NCBI RefSeq assembly: GCF_004010195.1
Contig: NC_057718.1
Span: 32,443,883-32,485,401 of the forward strand
Length of the DNA: 41,519 nt
Source: Chiloscyllium plagiosum
Taxonomy: Eukaryota
Reading direction: 5' to 3'
Shown: positions 24,599-36,967 of the stretch, piece after piece
How the letters are laid out: each line of letters opens with the position of its first letter
Position numbering within the stretch: the first letter of the stretch is position 1
The notes under the pieces: model-generated
Told to the model about the DNA's origin: nothing
The model's database searches: none
Seen by the model: the letters and a program-made list of their open reading frames with translations, nothing else
Made by a program: the position numbers and the translations under genes

Positions 24599-25019
24599 CG
24601 GTCGGAGGAGAAGCGTCTTATCTTCCGACTGGGAACCCTCCAACCGCAGGGGATGAACTTGGACTTCACCAGTTTCTTCATCCCCCCTCCCCCCACCTTG
24701 TCTCAGCCGGATCCCTCCAGCCCGGCACCGCCTTCCTGACCTGCAGTCTTCTTCTTGACCTCTCCGCCTCCATCCTACTCCGACCTATCACCCTCACCTT
24801 GACCTCTTTCCACCTATCACATTTCCAACGCCCCTCCTCCAAGTCCCTCCTCCCTACCTTTTATCTTCTCCTGCTGAACACTCTCTGCTCATTCCTGAAG
24901 AAGGGCCTGTGCCCGAAACGTCGAATCTCCTGTTCCCTGGATGCTGCCTGACCTGCTGTGCTGTTCCAGCAATAAAGTTTCAACTTTGATCTCCAGCATC
25001 TGCAGACCTCACTTTCTCC
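24599..25019 (+). mobile_element. 5'-truncated Penelope-like retroelement (end of GIY-YIG endonuclease ORF + terminal region)
   Basis: 14-bp TSD TAGAAATGAATGCA (24575-24588, 25020-25033). From 24599 it reads RSEEKRLIFRLGTLQPQGMNLDFTSF, resembling the E..LI..L.T..P.G(L/M)N end of PLE GIY-YIG domains. Confidence 0.88.
24891..24926 (+). ncRNA. Minimal hammerhead ribozyme motif (ACGT-palindrome type, GUC cleavage triplet), best-formed copy
   Basis: ATTC-CTGAAGA-A-GGGC/CTGT/GCCC-GAAA-CG-TC-GAAT, with 4-bp stem I ATTC/GAAT. Confidence 0.82.
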
Positions 25020-27146
25020 TAGAAATGAATGCAACCTCAACATTAACTCTTTCAGAACCATTGCAACAATGAAACAGCCTTGATCACCTAGAAGAACAAG
25101 GCAGGCAGATGGGAACATTGCTGCAAGTTCCTATCCAAGCTAACAATCAGGACTTGTAAATATATTGCCACTCCTTCATCATTACTGATTCAAACTTTTG
25201 GAAATCCCTACCTAACACCACCCAAACTGCTGCAGTTCACAAGGAAATGGTTCATCAACACCTCAAGAACAATTAAGGATGGGCAGTAATACTAACTGGC
25301 TCAGTCAGCAATATCCACATTTCATAATTGGAGAAAAAATATCCCCACCACTGACAGATTACCAATCTCCGTTAATGAGGTGTCTTATTTAAATTGCATA
25401 TGCCTCACCTCACTCTCACATGTGAAGCAATGTTTAATGCTCACACCCACTTTGGCTGACACTTCCAGCTTTACAACTATGATAACCACTTTACCAAAAA
25501 TATTACACAGCCAGAGAGATCAAAAGTAATTCGTAAAAGAGACAATGGTGTCATGAAGAAGAGCTTACTTTTGCAGTAGCAGAGGCTAGTGCAGAAATTG
25601 GTGGGATATAAAATTTAAATATATTGTGGTTATTACATTTCTTTCGGGTTTGCATCCAGGCCCTTGAAGCTAATCACATTAATCTATATGCTTTTTTGAT
25701 CCTAGATATGGACTTCTTTCCTCCAGGAAGTCCAGTACTGTACCTTAAACCCAGGTTCCACATTGTCTCATACTCAGTCTTTCTTCTGTCTTTACCTTGA
25801 CAGATTTAGTTCCCACTGAATTCTCAGCATTTGCTTCAGCCATGACACAACAGCACTTCAAGAGATGCAAGCCAGCTTTAAGCATTGATCTTCGGCCTCA
25901 TGATGAAACATGGGGCCAGTTAACCATGAGCTTAGTGATGGCTGCATACAAATATTGCACTGGTAGCATCAAGATATCATGCTGCCTATGTTACTGCCAG
26001 TAGGCACAGATACATCACGTAGCGTGATCAGTTTGCCTGTTTTTCAGGTGTTCCAATTTAGCCCCCAGGCTTTCTCCATTTCATTCAAAACGTGGTGAAC
26101 AGCTTGAGTCCTGAACATCGCTTTAATTATGAAATGTTAATTGATGGTTCACAAAGTGCTTCTGTCTGCAGGATGCTTCATTGTTCCACATTCCGATTTT
26201 AGTCCTCAGCAAACCTTGGAAACTCTCAGCTGAATGGGCATCATTATAGATATCCCCATTTTGCTACTCAGTCAGTAGCTGTTGTGCTAACAGCTGTCTG
26301 CAAAGCCCTATTGTTTAAAGCTATTCTAAACATTGCAATTATAAGCCAATGCGTTGATGGAAAAGACCTTTTAAAATAAATGGTTTATTTAATTTTTATT
26401 TAGATGCCTTGTTAAACCTGGCAATTCCCTAATCAGTTTAAAAAGAGGTCCTGTCAGCAACTCGTCAGCACGTTTTTGGTCAGGATTATCAGTAGGATCT
26501 CCTTAATTATACGTTCCTTCCCAGAAGAATGTGAGCAAACTATTCAGCCCTTCTCGACTGTTCCATCATTTAATTTGATTATAAATTGATCTGTATCATA
26601 ACTACATCTGGCCCAGTAACAATCTGTGTTCCTGTGCGATCTACCCACCTTCATTTTATAAAGCTACAAGAAGATACAGTGCTCTTGAGGTGATGACCTC
26701 GCCTCCCAAGCAATACACTGTAGGGCACAATTTGTTTTTTAAAACCGAATATTACTCAGATGGCAAGGGAACACCAATAGGCCCATACATATTGGCAACT
26801 TCTTCATACTGGAAATCTCTGACATCAGATAGATTATATTTTATAATAGATCGTTTAGCTCGGGATGCCATGATCTGCAGGTAAGAATTAAAGGGATAAA
26901 GGGAAAGTTTAGAAGAAACTTTTGGATGTAGCTATCAATGTTTAGTTGATTACAACATTCAAAAAGGTAGGGTTGAACTACATAAAAGTCCAAATTTAAG
27001 ACAGTTTGAGGAAGTGTCAGGGAATTTAGATTAGTCTGGGGAGAAGATTGAAATATGGGACTAATTTGGGTCAAAAGACAAAATGAAACTACATCAAGTA
27101 AGCCCCATAGCATGTTATGTTCTTATTAGTTTGATGCTGCATATTG

Positions 27147-27885
27147 TGTTGTGGGGAAAATCACCAGCCTCGGAGTCAGAGTCGGGGTTCAACAACAGAG
27201 TTTATTGTACAAGGAAATACTGGAGCTCCGAGGAGAGAGAGACACCAACAGCACAGTGGTCAGCTGCATTTCTTCTCTCAACCCGCAACACATGTCAAGA
27301 TACTTTTATACATTTTATAATAATAGGTCAGTGATGAGGTTATTGTCTTTGTAACATGGTTTGTTTATGATAAACATTGCAGAATCATTAATAGTTTCAG
27401 TTCAGTTATTGTCAGTCCCAGAGCAGCCTTTGTTAATTTCAGCGCAGTCGTTGTCAGTTTCAGCGCAGACATTGTCAGTTTCGATGTCTGCGCAGATCTC
27501 CATTTCTGTAGTAATGAGCGCTAATCACTCTTTCTGAGAAGGACAATTACTGCAGCCCTGGCTATTAGCACTCTGTATTGAGTCTGTACCAAAATGTTAG
27601 TATTTCTATCAAAGGTGTTGGCTGGACCCAGACACTTTGGCAGGCAGTGTTCGTTACTCATGTATATTCTCTCCCCAACTTGCCTTAAACTAATCAACTA
27701 GGTTGTGAGTGCATTCTGCTGGCATTCTGGTGGTCACAGGTTGTGTCTGTATTTGCTTTGATGTCTCTCTCCATATTGTTGTCCGGCGGCCATCTTGTGT
27801 GTGAAGTGGTCAACTTATGGCTCAGTGGCCATCTTGTGTGTCCATGTGCCTAGTGTCACCCTGCCCTATGCCATCTCCCACTTCA
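27147..27885 (-). mobile_element. Probable solo LTR (ERV-like), 739 bp
   Basis: Imperfect inverted termini TGTTGTGGGG...CCCACTTCA; flanks ATTG/GTTG. On minus, TATA-like sequence at 27303-27318 precedes AATAAA at 27201-27206. Internal direct repeat GGCCATCTTGTGTGT at 27788 and 27827. Confidence 0.65.
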
Positions 27886-27989
27886 GTTGATAAGGATATT
27901 AATGAAATGTGTAGAAAGAAATGCCAGGAGCAATACCTGGCATAACTAAAAATAAGATGTCCACATGGTGAAGTTACAATTTAGGATGA

Positions 27990-28580
27990 CTGGCATTCTG
28001 GACAGCATAAGCAGCAAGCAATAGAACTAAGCAATCCCACAACCAACGGAAAAGATCTAACCTCTGCCATCCTGCCATGTCCAGTCATGAATGATGTGAA
28101 CGATTAAACAACTCTCTGGAGAAGCCTAGCACATCTAGTGCAAATGATAAGGCTGAAGCACTTGCAACAATCTTAAGCCAAAATGCCTTTGAAAATCCAT
28201 CTCAGCATCATACAGAGGTGCCCCAACATCACAGATACCAGGCATCAGATGAATTGATTCACTCTATGGTGTTCACAAAAAAAACCCAGCAGATGGCACT
28301 AGGTAGTGAAAAGGCTGTAGGTTTTGACAACATTTCAGCTCCAGCACTAGCCATGCTGTCCCAGGATAGCTATAATATTGGCATTTTCCTAACAATGTGG
28401 GAAAGTTTTCCAGTTATGTCAAATACACAAAAAGCAGGACAAATCCAACCTCATCAACTACCACCCCATTAGTCTACTCTCAGTCATCAAAGAAATGATG
28501 GAAGGAGTCAACACAGTGCTATCAAGTTCCACTGCATACTGTAACCTGCTCACCAAAGCCCAGTTTGCATTCTACTGGGG
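27990..28580 (+). mobile_element. Old CR1/L2-group LINE ORF2 fragment
   Basis: Similar to 29870-30037; decayed KAxGxD and YxPISLLS segments. Confidence 0.65.
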
Positions 28581-28589
28581 TCAGTCAGC

Positions 28590-30037
28590 TTCTTTTGCTT
28601 TTAATTCATTTGTGAGATGTGTCCCTTGTTGACTCGAGAAGGTGGTGGTGAGCTGCTTTCTTGAACTGCTGTAGTCCACCTGTTGTGTGTTGAGCCATAA
28701 TGCCATTAGCGAGGGAATTCCAGGATATAGACCCAGCAACAGTGAAGGGACAGCAATATATTTCCAAGTTAGGATGGTGAGTGGGTTGGAGGAAAACTTG
28801 AAGGTGGTGGTGCTCCAATGTATCTGCTGCCCTTGTCCTTCTAGATGGAGGTAGTCGTGGATTTGAAAATGCTGTCTGAGGATCTTTGGTGAATTTCTGC
28901 AGTCCATCTAGTAGATAGTACATATCGCTGCTATTGAGGGTCAATGGTGGATGGAGAGGATGCTTCTGGATGTAGTGCCAATCAAGTAGGCTACTTTGTC
29001 CTGGATGATGGCAAGCTTCTTGAGTGTAGTTGGAGCTACACCCATCCAGGCAAGTCGGGAGTATTCCAACACATTCCTGACTTCTGTCTTGTGGATGATG
29101 ACAGGCTTTGGGGAGTCAGGAAGTGACTCCCCGCAGTATTCCTAGTTTCTGACGTGCTGTTGTAGCCACTGTGTTGATGTGGCAAGTCCAGTTGAGTTTC
29201 TAGTCAATGGTAACCCACAGAATGTTGATAGTGGAGCATTCAGCATTAGATTGTCTCTAATTGGCAATATGTATGGTACGAGGAGAAAGTGAGGTCTGCA
29301 GATGCTGGAGATCAGAGCTGGAAATGTGTTGCTGGAAAAGCGCAGCAGGTCAGACAGCATCCAGGGAACAGGAGAATCGACGTTTCGGGCATAAGCCCTT
29401 CTTCAGGTATGGTACAAATGTTACTTTCCACTTGTCAGCCCAACCCTGGATATTGTACAGATCTTGTTGCATTTGAACATTGAGCTGTTCAGTATTTGAG
29501 GAGTCGCAAATGGTGCTGGACATTGCACAATCATCAGCGAACATCCCCTCTTCTGACCTTATGATGGAGGGAAGGTCATTGATGAACCGTCTGAATATGT
29601 TTCAGGCCTAGGACACTACTCTGAGGAACTCCCACAGAGATGTCCTGGAGCTGATATTATTGACCTCCAGCAACCATAACCATCTCCCTATGTGCCAGGC
29701 ATGCCTCAAAATAGTGGAAATTTTTCCCCATTTCCACTGATTCTCGTTATGCTAAAGGTCATTGATGCCACACATGGTAAAATGCAGCCTTGATGTCAAG
29801 AGCAGCCACTCTCACCTCACCTCCAGAGCTCAGCATTTTTGTCCATGTTTGAACCAAGGTTGAAATGAGCCCTCATTCTCCAGCATTACAGGTACTAGTG
29901 TTCAGCCAGTTCGATTCACTCCACGTGATATCAAGAAATGGTTGGAGGCACTGGATACTGCCCTGACACCATTATGGCAATAATGCTGAAGATTGTGCTC
30001 CAGAACCTGCCGTTCCCCTAGCCAAGCTCTTCCAGTC
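28590..30037 (-). mobile_element. CR1/L2-group LINE 3' part (28590-29870, minus) with an adjoining inverted upstream segment (29870-30037, plus)
   Basis: RT motif MFADDC...MQQDLYNIQGWADKWKVTF in ORF 29350-29544; 3' tail shared with 17350-17800. Confidence 0.8.
29280..29406 (-). mobile_element. 127-bp PLE terminal mini-insert starting exactly at a hammerhead core (29377-29406)
   Basis: 9-bp TSD GTATGGTAC (29271-29279, 29407-29415). Reverse complement begins CTGAAGA-A-GGGC/TTAT/GCCC-GAAA-CG-TC. Confidence 0.88.
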
Positions 30038-30099
30038 AAAACATCATCAAAACAACAGAGCTGGTCACTTCCCTCATTTCTCATCCATGGCACCTTATT

Positions 30100-30190
30100 G
30101 TATTTAAACACAGTGGCTGCATTTCAAAAGTGATTAGTTAGTTGTGAAGCACCTCAGATTATCCGGGGAACTTGAAAAGGACTGTATCAT
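30100..30190 (+). mobile_element. Ancient SINE 3' remnant (Deu-domain/SacSINE1-like)
   Basis: ACAGTGGCTGCATTTCAAAAGTGATTAGTTAGTTGTGAAGCAC resembles the remembered DeuSINE tail. Confidence 0.4.
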
Positions 30191-31289
30191 TTTATTATAT
30201 TTTTAAATTTGCAGGAACCCATTATTTTCAGATAAATAATCTGTAAAAGTAAGATGTTCACCATGTATTACTTAACAAAGCTTTATGCAGTGAAATTAGC
30301 ATTAACAATAAAATGAACAGGTGAATGGAAGAGCACAAGGCACAGTTCATTACAACACCAAAATTGTTACTATTTGCCATGATACAGTCCTACTGATGTA
30401 CACTGGTGCACATCAAAAGCAAATGTTCTGAGATAAACAGGACTGATGAAAACCAGATTGATCCTTGTGCAAATGCAACATGTTAGCCAAAGTGTAAGCC
30501 AGTCTAATTTTCAAGTTTACAAAATTATTATAACATGCAGCAGTATGAACTGGGGAATGTATCTTCAGTTAATCAAGTCTACACATTTCACTGACCAGCT
30601 ATAGCTAGAAACCTTATTGCTCACATTTAAAAACCTTAGAAGATTCCCCTCTCTCTAATACTTATGTATAAAACTACATGAATGCTCAAAGACTTCCATG
30701 TAAACATATAAATTGCTCTTTGATTTACACATCCCTTTATTCAGCCTTGCTTCATCTGGAATCCATGGTAAAACTTTGGTTTGGCAGCTATACCGGGTCC
30801 TGTCTGACACGGATATTAAAGTGTTTTTATTTGTTCTATCACCACACTTATTATCTTATCCATCTAGCTTGAAGGAATCTGTAGTAAGTTTACCATTGTT
30901 GATGGCAAAAGTACTAATCTATTGAAAGAAATACAGGAGTTGAAAAGATCTAATATTTTAAGAATTTATTTCAGGGTCACAAATGTTTGCCTGAGCAGAT
31001 TACCACTTTACAGTTCACCTTGCTGTTAATCACATGATATAATATCAAGGTCTCAAGTATTTTAGTTAAAAATGGAGCATCCATAACCCAAGATTGGTTG
31101 ACAAGAGGTGCAGAATAGCCTGACTATGTTTAGAATGAATAGGTCACCTGATCCAGGTTGCCAAAGTATATTGGCAGGGGTTGGCCACAAATGTTGGAAG
31201 GAACACAATTTTCCAGTCTGTCCTTTGTATGGTGAAGCTATGAGAGGATGAAAGAATGGCAATTCAGGAACAGGTGTAAGGAAAAGGGT

Positions 31290-32690
31290 ATAAGGACATT
31301 CCTGGGAACTACAGGTTAATTAGTTCATCATCAGTGGAGGGTAAAGTTAGAAACAATAATCAAGGAAAAACATAAGTAGGTCTTCAAGAAGTTTAAGTTA
31401 ATTAAGGAGAGCCAGCATGGTTTATAAAAGGCAGAACATGTTTGAATACTACCTTATTGACTCTTCTGGTTAAGTAAGAGAATATTGTTGAAGAAAATCA
31501 CATGAGCGTTGTCAATACGAAGTTTAAGAAAGCATTTGATGAAATTCACAAGAAGCCTAGTTAACAAATTGACGGTTATGGAATATAGGTTCAGTGTTAG
31601 CTAACACTTGAAAAAATGGCTAAAGGACAGGACATATTGAGAAAATAATTAGCAAAGCACATGTCATGTGGGGCTTCATAAGTATAGGTATGAAGTACAA
31701 AAGTTATGAGGAACCTTCATATAGCTCTGGTTATGCCAGAACTATGATCTTTGCACATGGTTCTGACCATGAGACTTTAAAAACAATATGAGAATCTTCG
31801 AGACTTTGCGGAGGAGAATACCAGAATTCCTTCAGAGGAAAGAAACTTTAGGTCAAGTTTGAGAATCTGGGGTTGTTCTCAGAAGATTAATGGCACTTTG
31901 ATGGAGATTCATAAAATTATGGTAGGTTTTACATAAAACAGAAAATGAAAACCTGATCCTATCGGCTAACAATGTAAGGACTAAGGACCACAATTTAATG
32001 TTCTGGGCAGGGGTTGGAGAGGTATGTGAAGAAGTTCTAAGCAACAAGGGATGATCACCTGGACCTTATTACCTACAAGATTGGAAGAGGCGAAGACTAT
32101 CAATGATTACCAAAGTATTTTGAATGAGCACACTGTATACATTTGTTCTCATTTTCCAAAATTTCTTCAATTCTAGAAAGATACTCGCAGATTGAAAAAT
32201 GACAAATGAAACACCCCTATTCAAGAAAGGAGGGAGACAGAATTCAGGAAACTAAAGGACAGTTTCTCAAACTGTCATTAGGAAACTGCTCAAATCCATT
32301 ATTGAGGAGGAGGAGGTGGTGGTGGTGGTGTAGGCCATTTTGAAAATCAGAATACAATCAGGCGGAGTCACTGTAGTTTTATGAAAGAGAAATGATGTTG
32401 ACAAACTTTTTAGAGACCTTTGAGGATGTATTAAGCTGGATGGGTGAATGGAAACCAGTAATGTAGTGTCTTTGGATTTCCAAAAGCCATTTGATATGGT
32501 GCTATATAAAAGATTATTATGTAAGGTAAGAGCTCGCATGTTGCTAGTTATCAATTAACATGGATAGAGGATTGGTTAACCATAGAAAACAGATTCACGG
32601 GGATGAAGGGGTCATTTTCAGGTTGGCAGTAACTAGTTGTAAGTACTATGGGGATCAGTGCTGGGGCCACAATTATTTAAATTCTACAAC
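31290..32690 (+). mobile_element. Two adjacent ancient CR1 ORF2 remnants (about 31290-32130 and 32130-32690)
   Basis: Decayed PGNYR / SQHGF / LDFQKPFD / GSVLGPQLF segments. Confidence 0.7.
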
Positions 32691-34158
32691 CAGTCCATAG
32701 GAACCCTGAAATTAAATGGTTCAAAAATTCCTTCCTACAAATGATACAGGCACCGTAAATCAGACTGAGATATTAAGATATGTGTATGCAGCATTTTACA
32801 ACCAGCATTAATATGTTCTTTCGATGGAATTTGCCTTATTTTGCTTGGGTGATTCTGCCTTTGATCTTTAAGCTTCTTTAATATCTTATCACAAGGATTT
32901 ATGTCTCATTGGTAAAATGTTCTGTACTCAGAAAGGGAGAAGAGAAAAGCACACACACTACTTGTCACTGTTTTGTGAACAACACTGGTAGAAATCTTTG
33001 CTTTTCATCTCATCTCATTTAACTTTATTTGACCTTTTCCCAGTGCTTATAATGCTGATGTGCAACTGGGAGAAAAAAAATTGTTTGAAAAACTCAACAG
33101 TAAACTGTTGTTGTTCTTACATCACATGTTCTCACAAGCATGTTATGGCTTGCAGAGAGATCAGTTAAGAAAATATAATACTGAATGCATTGTGCTGTGA
33201 ATAAAATTGAAACAGCCATTACAGCAAAACCTTTCTCTTTTTCTGCTCTCATTAACCTCAGGCTACTTTCACTGTTACAGTCTAAAACTAATTTAGATTC
33301 AGTTCAGACTTAATGTGCCAACTGTTCACGTTTGGTATGACTATTTCCATGTTGTAGGGACACTATATGCCTGCCTTTCAAGATAGAAAGTGATGTTGTG
33401 TGGTGTCCTCCTCTTTATCCCTTCCATTCCCACTCCAGAGCTCCGACATTCCTTCATTGTTGTGACTGACTGAACACCACTGTACACTGTAGGAGGGGAA
33501 TCTCACAAAATTAAGAAATGCATTCACAATTGAGCAATACTGGGAAAAGGAGGTAAGATTTTGAGAGTGACACCTTGGGGAAATGAGGAAGGAGCTGGGA
33601 GTACTTCTGAGCAGAAGCAGAGAGGAAAGTGCCAGCATTAGTGGGACAGGGGAGAGTGGCTGGGAGAGAAGTTAATTCACAAAGTGGTGCTCTGAAGCCT
33701 GTCAGTTCCCTGAGGACTAGCCGCATCACAGATCACTACCTTCGCAGTCTTCAGTGACACTAATAGAGAATGCCTTGCCAGTGCACAAGGATCGGCCCAT
33801 AGCCCTGCCTACCCTCAGGGATGAGGGAGGGGTTTGGCTTGCCATAATTAGTCTGCTGAGCTTGATGCTGAGGGTGTTCTCAGCTCGGTAATATGGAGTT
33901 TGAAAGGTCACATCATTATTTGCAACACAGGTCCAAGAATTTACAAAATCACAAGACCATTGCAGATGAGGATGGATTTTCGATTCATCCACCCAGAAAA
34001 ATGTTAAAATTGCTCTATTTCAGCATCTAATTATTTCTTGGAACTGTTCCTGGTTTTTTGTCTCCATTTTATCTGTGGAAGTCTGATCCATACATGAAAC
34101 AAATTTTCTGGCATCAATCCTCTGAATATTGAACCCTGAGCTACACCATTCCACCTTA

Positions 34159-34328
34159 GCTGAAAATGTGTTGCTGGAAAAGCACAGCAGGTCAGGCAGC
34201 ATCCAGGGAACAGGATGCCCGAAACGTCGATTCTCCTGTTCCCTGGATGCTGCCTGACCTGCTGCGCTTTTCCAGCAACACATTTTCAGCTCTGATCTCC
34301 AGCATCTGCAGTCCTCACTTTCTCCTCA
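34159..34328 (+). mobile_element. 170-bp fold-back PLE mini-insert
   Basis: 14-bp TSD ACCATTCCACCTTA (34145-34158, 34329-34342). 58-bp inverted arms (34158-34215, 34234-34291, one mismatch) enclose TGCCCGAAACGTCGATTC, the 3' half of the hammerhead. Confidence 0.9.
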
Positions 34329-36333
34329 ACCATTCCACCTTACCCTGATAGAACCTCTCCAGCAAGTAATTGCTGCCTCCTAACTTTCAGGTAATTTCCT
34401 CTTTCACAAATTTTACTACTAAGTCTATTTAATACTTAAGAGTTTAGCAAACAGCCTTTCGGATGGAACCACATCAAATGCCTTTTAGATGTCTAGCTAC
34501 ATATTTTGAGTGGACCAGTAACGTTATCAGACTAGTAGCCCAGAGAGCTGGACTAACAGTCTGGAGATTTTAGTTCACTGAAGAGTTTTAATTGAGATAG
34601 ATAAGTAAGCTATACTAACACGCCACTGCAGAATTTCCTTCTCCTTGATGTGTCTTGAGCAATGGCAAGAAAGATGGGAAATTACTGTCAGAATTGAAGA
34701 ATCATATTGTCAATTTCAAGAAAATATTTTCCAGTTTTCCACTCAAGCCATAAATGGTGATTTCAGAATCCTGCCACTTAGCAGCGGCAACCTTACTTCC
34801 ATGTATTTGTATCTCATTAAAACCCAACTCACCTCATTCATATGCCATTTTCATTCCCATTCTCTACTCCATCGAGAAACTAGATGGTGCAAACTTCTGA
34901 CTTGATTGTTTGCCATGACCATCATGCAACTGCCTCTTCATTGCAATATCTTCATGTCACCATCGCTCTTGACCTTTCATCCTGCAGATTGACATTGGCA
35001 AACCACCAGCCTCACCATTATTGTTCTGCTTTCTCTCAGACCAACTTGCACACCACTTCACCCTTTCAGTACTTTGGTGGTCAGGGGCACCTATTACTTG
35101 CATGTTTCTGGCAGACTGCTTTGTGTGCAGATCAGATGCATCTCATGTATCTGCATAAGATGCTTCTCACTGCTGTTCACTTGCTTTCTTAGCACTCATT
35201 CACCTTGAGCTTACTTGGATGATGCCAGCCTCATTATACTTCACACTGCTTTCTTAGCAGACGGGGACTTTAGTGTTCAACTACAAGCTGCCAGACTCTG
35301 TTGACTCACATTGCTTTTTAACACAGAGGAAGAGGCAGGTATCCTGGGGAGCCCTTGGTCCAGGGGTGGACATGTTATTGAGCAGCTTTGTGCTACATCA
35401 GCTTTGCCACTGCAGCAAGTGCCAATGATTTACGTGGCAAAAACGCTTCATAGATTGCTTTAAGCAAATAACACCCATTCAAAGGGGAGTAGTCCTGAGT
35501 GAGATAAAGGGAGACTACAGTCAGTCAAAGGGCTTGTCTGATTAAATCACAGGGATTCACAGTTATTCCGGGACTTGGTCCTATTAGAGTCTGGAGATCT
35601 CTGACCTTGCTGTTAGGGAATTGGGCCACAGTCCATTCTGCAGGTCAGGTACAACCAATCTCGCAATTACACATAGGCCAAGCTTTCACAGTACCTCTGA
35701 TATTTATATCGGAAAAGTAGAGGGCCAAGGGAATTTCAGCAACACAGAAGGGAACTTACAGGATGGGGGAGCTTTTGTGTCCTAGGCTGAGCCTACAAGT
35801 TACTCATTTGCTCTTCATCGGTAGGTGGTCATTCATTGTCCAAGAATGCACATTACAAAATAATGGCCTCAAGCATTCATGACTATTACATTATGTGCAC
35901 TAATTGCAACCTTATCATGTAGCTAAGCCACAAGGCAATTGAAGGCAGAACACAATCCCCAGCTAGCATTTAGAGACAATGCTTTGCAGCCATCAGATTC
36001 ACTTAGTGTATTGTAAGAATGCAAGGGTATGGCAAATGGCACCTTATGTAACCCACGTACAGGATGACTGAGCTGGGTTTGGACTTTGTTTAAGGTTTCA
36101 TTGTTTAAGGTTTCGTTGTAAATCTGCATGCAGTCTCTAGTTAATGCAAAGGACATGTAGTCCTTATTATCTTAATAATCCTTGACTTTTCCTGGTGCTG
36201 AACAAATGTCTTGTATTCAGTGGATCTCACATTGAAATATCTGCACGCTGCATATCCGTTGACCATTAGGGTAAAAAAACAGCAGTCAGTGACAATGTAC
36301 TAACAATGTCATGAAGGCTGATAGCTAAAGAGA

Positions 36334-36593
36334 GTGGCACGGTGGCTCAGTGGTTAGCGCCGCTGCCTCACAGCACCAGGGATCTGGGTTCGATTCCAGC
36401 CTCAGGTGGCTGTCTGTGCGGAGTTTGCTCTGGTTTCCTCCCTCTGTCCAGAGATGTGCAGGTCAGATGAATTGGCCATAGTGTTGGCTGCATTAGTCAG
36501 AGGGAAGTGGACATAGGTGGATTACTCTTTGGAGGGTTGGTGTGCACTTGTTGGACCGAAGGGCCTATTTCCACGCTGGAGGGAATCTAATCT
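36334..36593 (+). mobile_element. tRNA-derived V-SINE (HE1-like) with CR1-type 3' tail, internally deleted
   Basis: A box TGGCTCAGTGG (36343-36353), B box GGTTCGATTCC (36387-36397), partial V domain TGTGCGGAGTTTGC...GGTTTCCTCCC, tail GGACCGAAGGGCCT shared with CR1 tails. Confidence 0.85.
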
Positions 36594-36967
36594 GGTCGTG
36601 AAGGTAAGATAGCTCTTAAGGCTTCAGTCAACCTGTCATAACTGAGTGTTGTCCACTGAAGTCTGTCATGATGGACAGCAGGACAAGAGGAAGCCTGAGG
36701 GATCTCTCAGACCATTCCATCACCAGTAACCATTAAAAATTCAGAGTGTGAATTAGTTGCTAAGTTGCTCTGAAATGTATAATTATCCAGTAGGACAGTA
36801 CTTGAACCTGTGAAAGGCAGTGCTTTGGCTGACTTTTCTCAGCAAGTCAATATGATGTGAAGCAGGGTGGACCTGTGAGCTGCCCATTGAATGCCAATAT
36901 ACTTCTGTGAAAAGCTGAAAGATCAGATGAAGGTTTCCCACCAGAGGTCTGTCAAATCATAATAATA

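Larger units (their letters stand above)
23867..25575. repeat. 194-bp inverted repeat pair (23867-24060 and 25382-25575) with 1321-bp spacer
   Basis: Arms are reverse complements with about 6 mismatches counted by eye and no indels. Confidence 0.95.

Noticed and set aside
24580..34348. Recurrent similar peptides (MCCWKSAAGQAASREQE, LKKGLCPKRR) suggesting a small gene family
   Set aside because: They are translations of the repeated non-coding PLE terminus.
33378..35450. Possible Harbinger transposase or Myb-like remnants (also 16979-17902 and 38470-38800)
   Set aside because: Resemblance is too weak to call by eye; needs a profile search.
36334..36400. tRNA gene
   Set aside because: A and B boxes are present, but the sequence continues into a SINE body and CR1-type tail.
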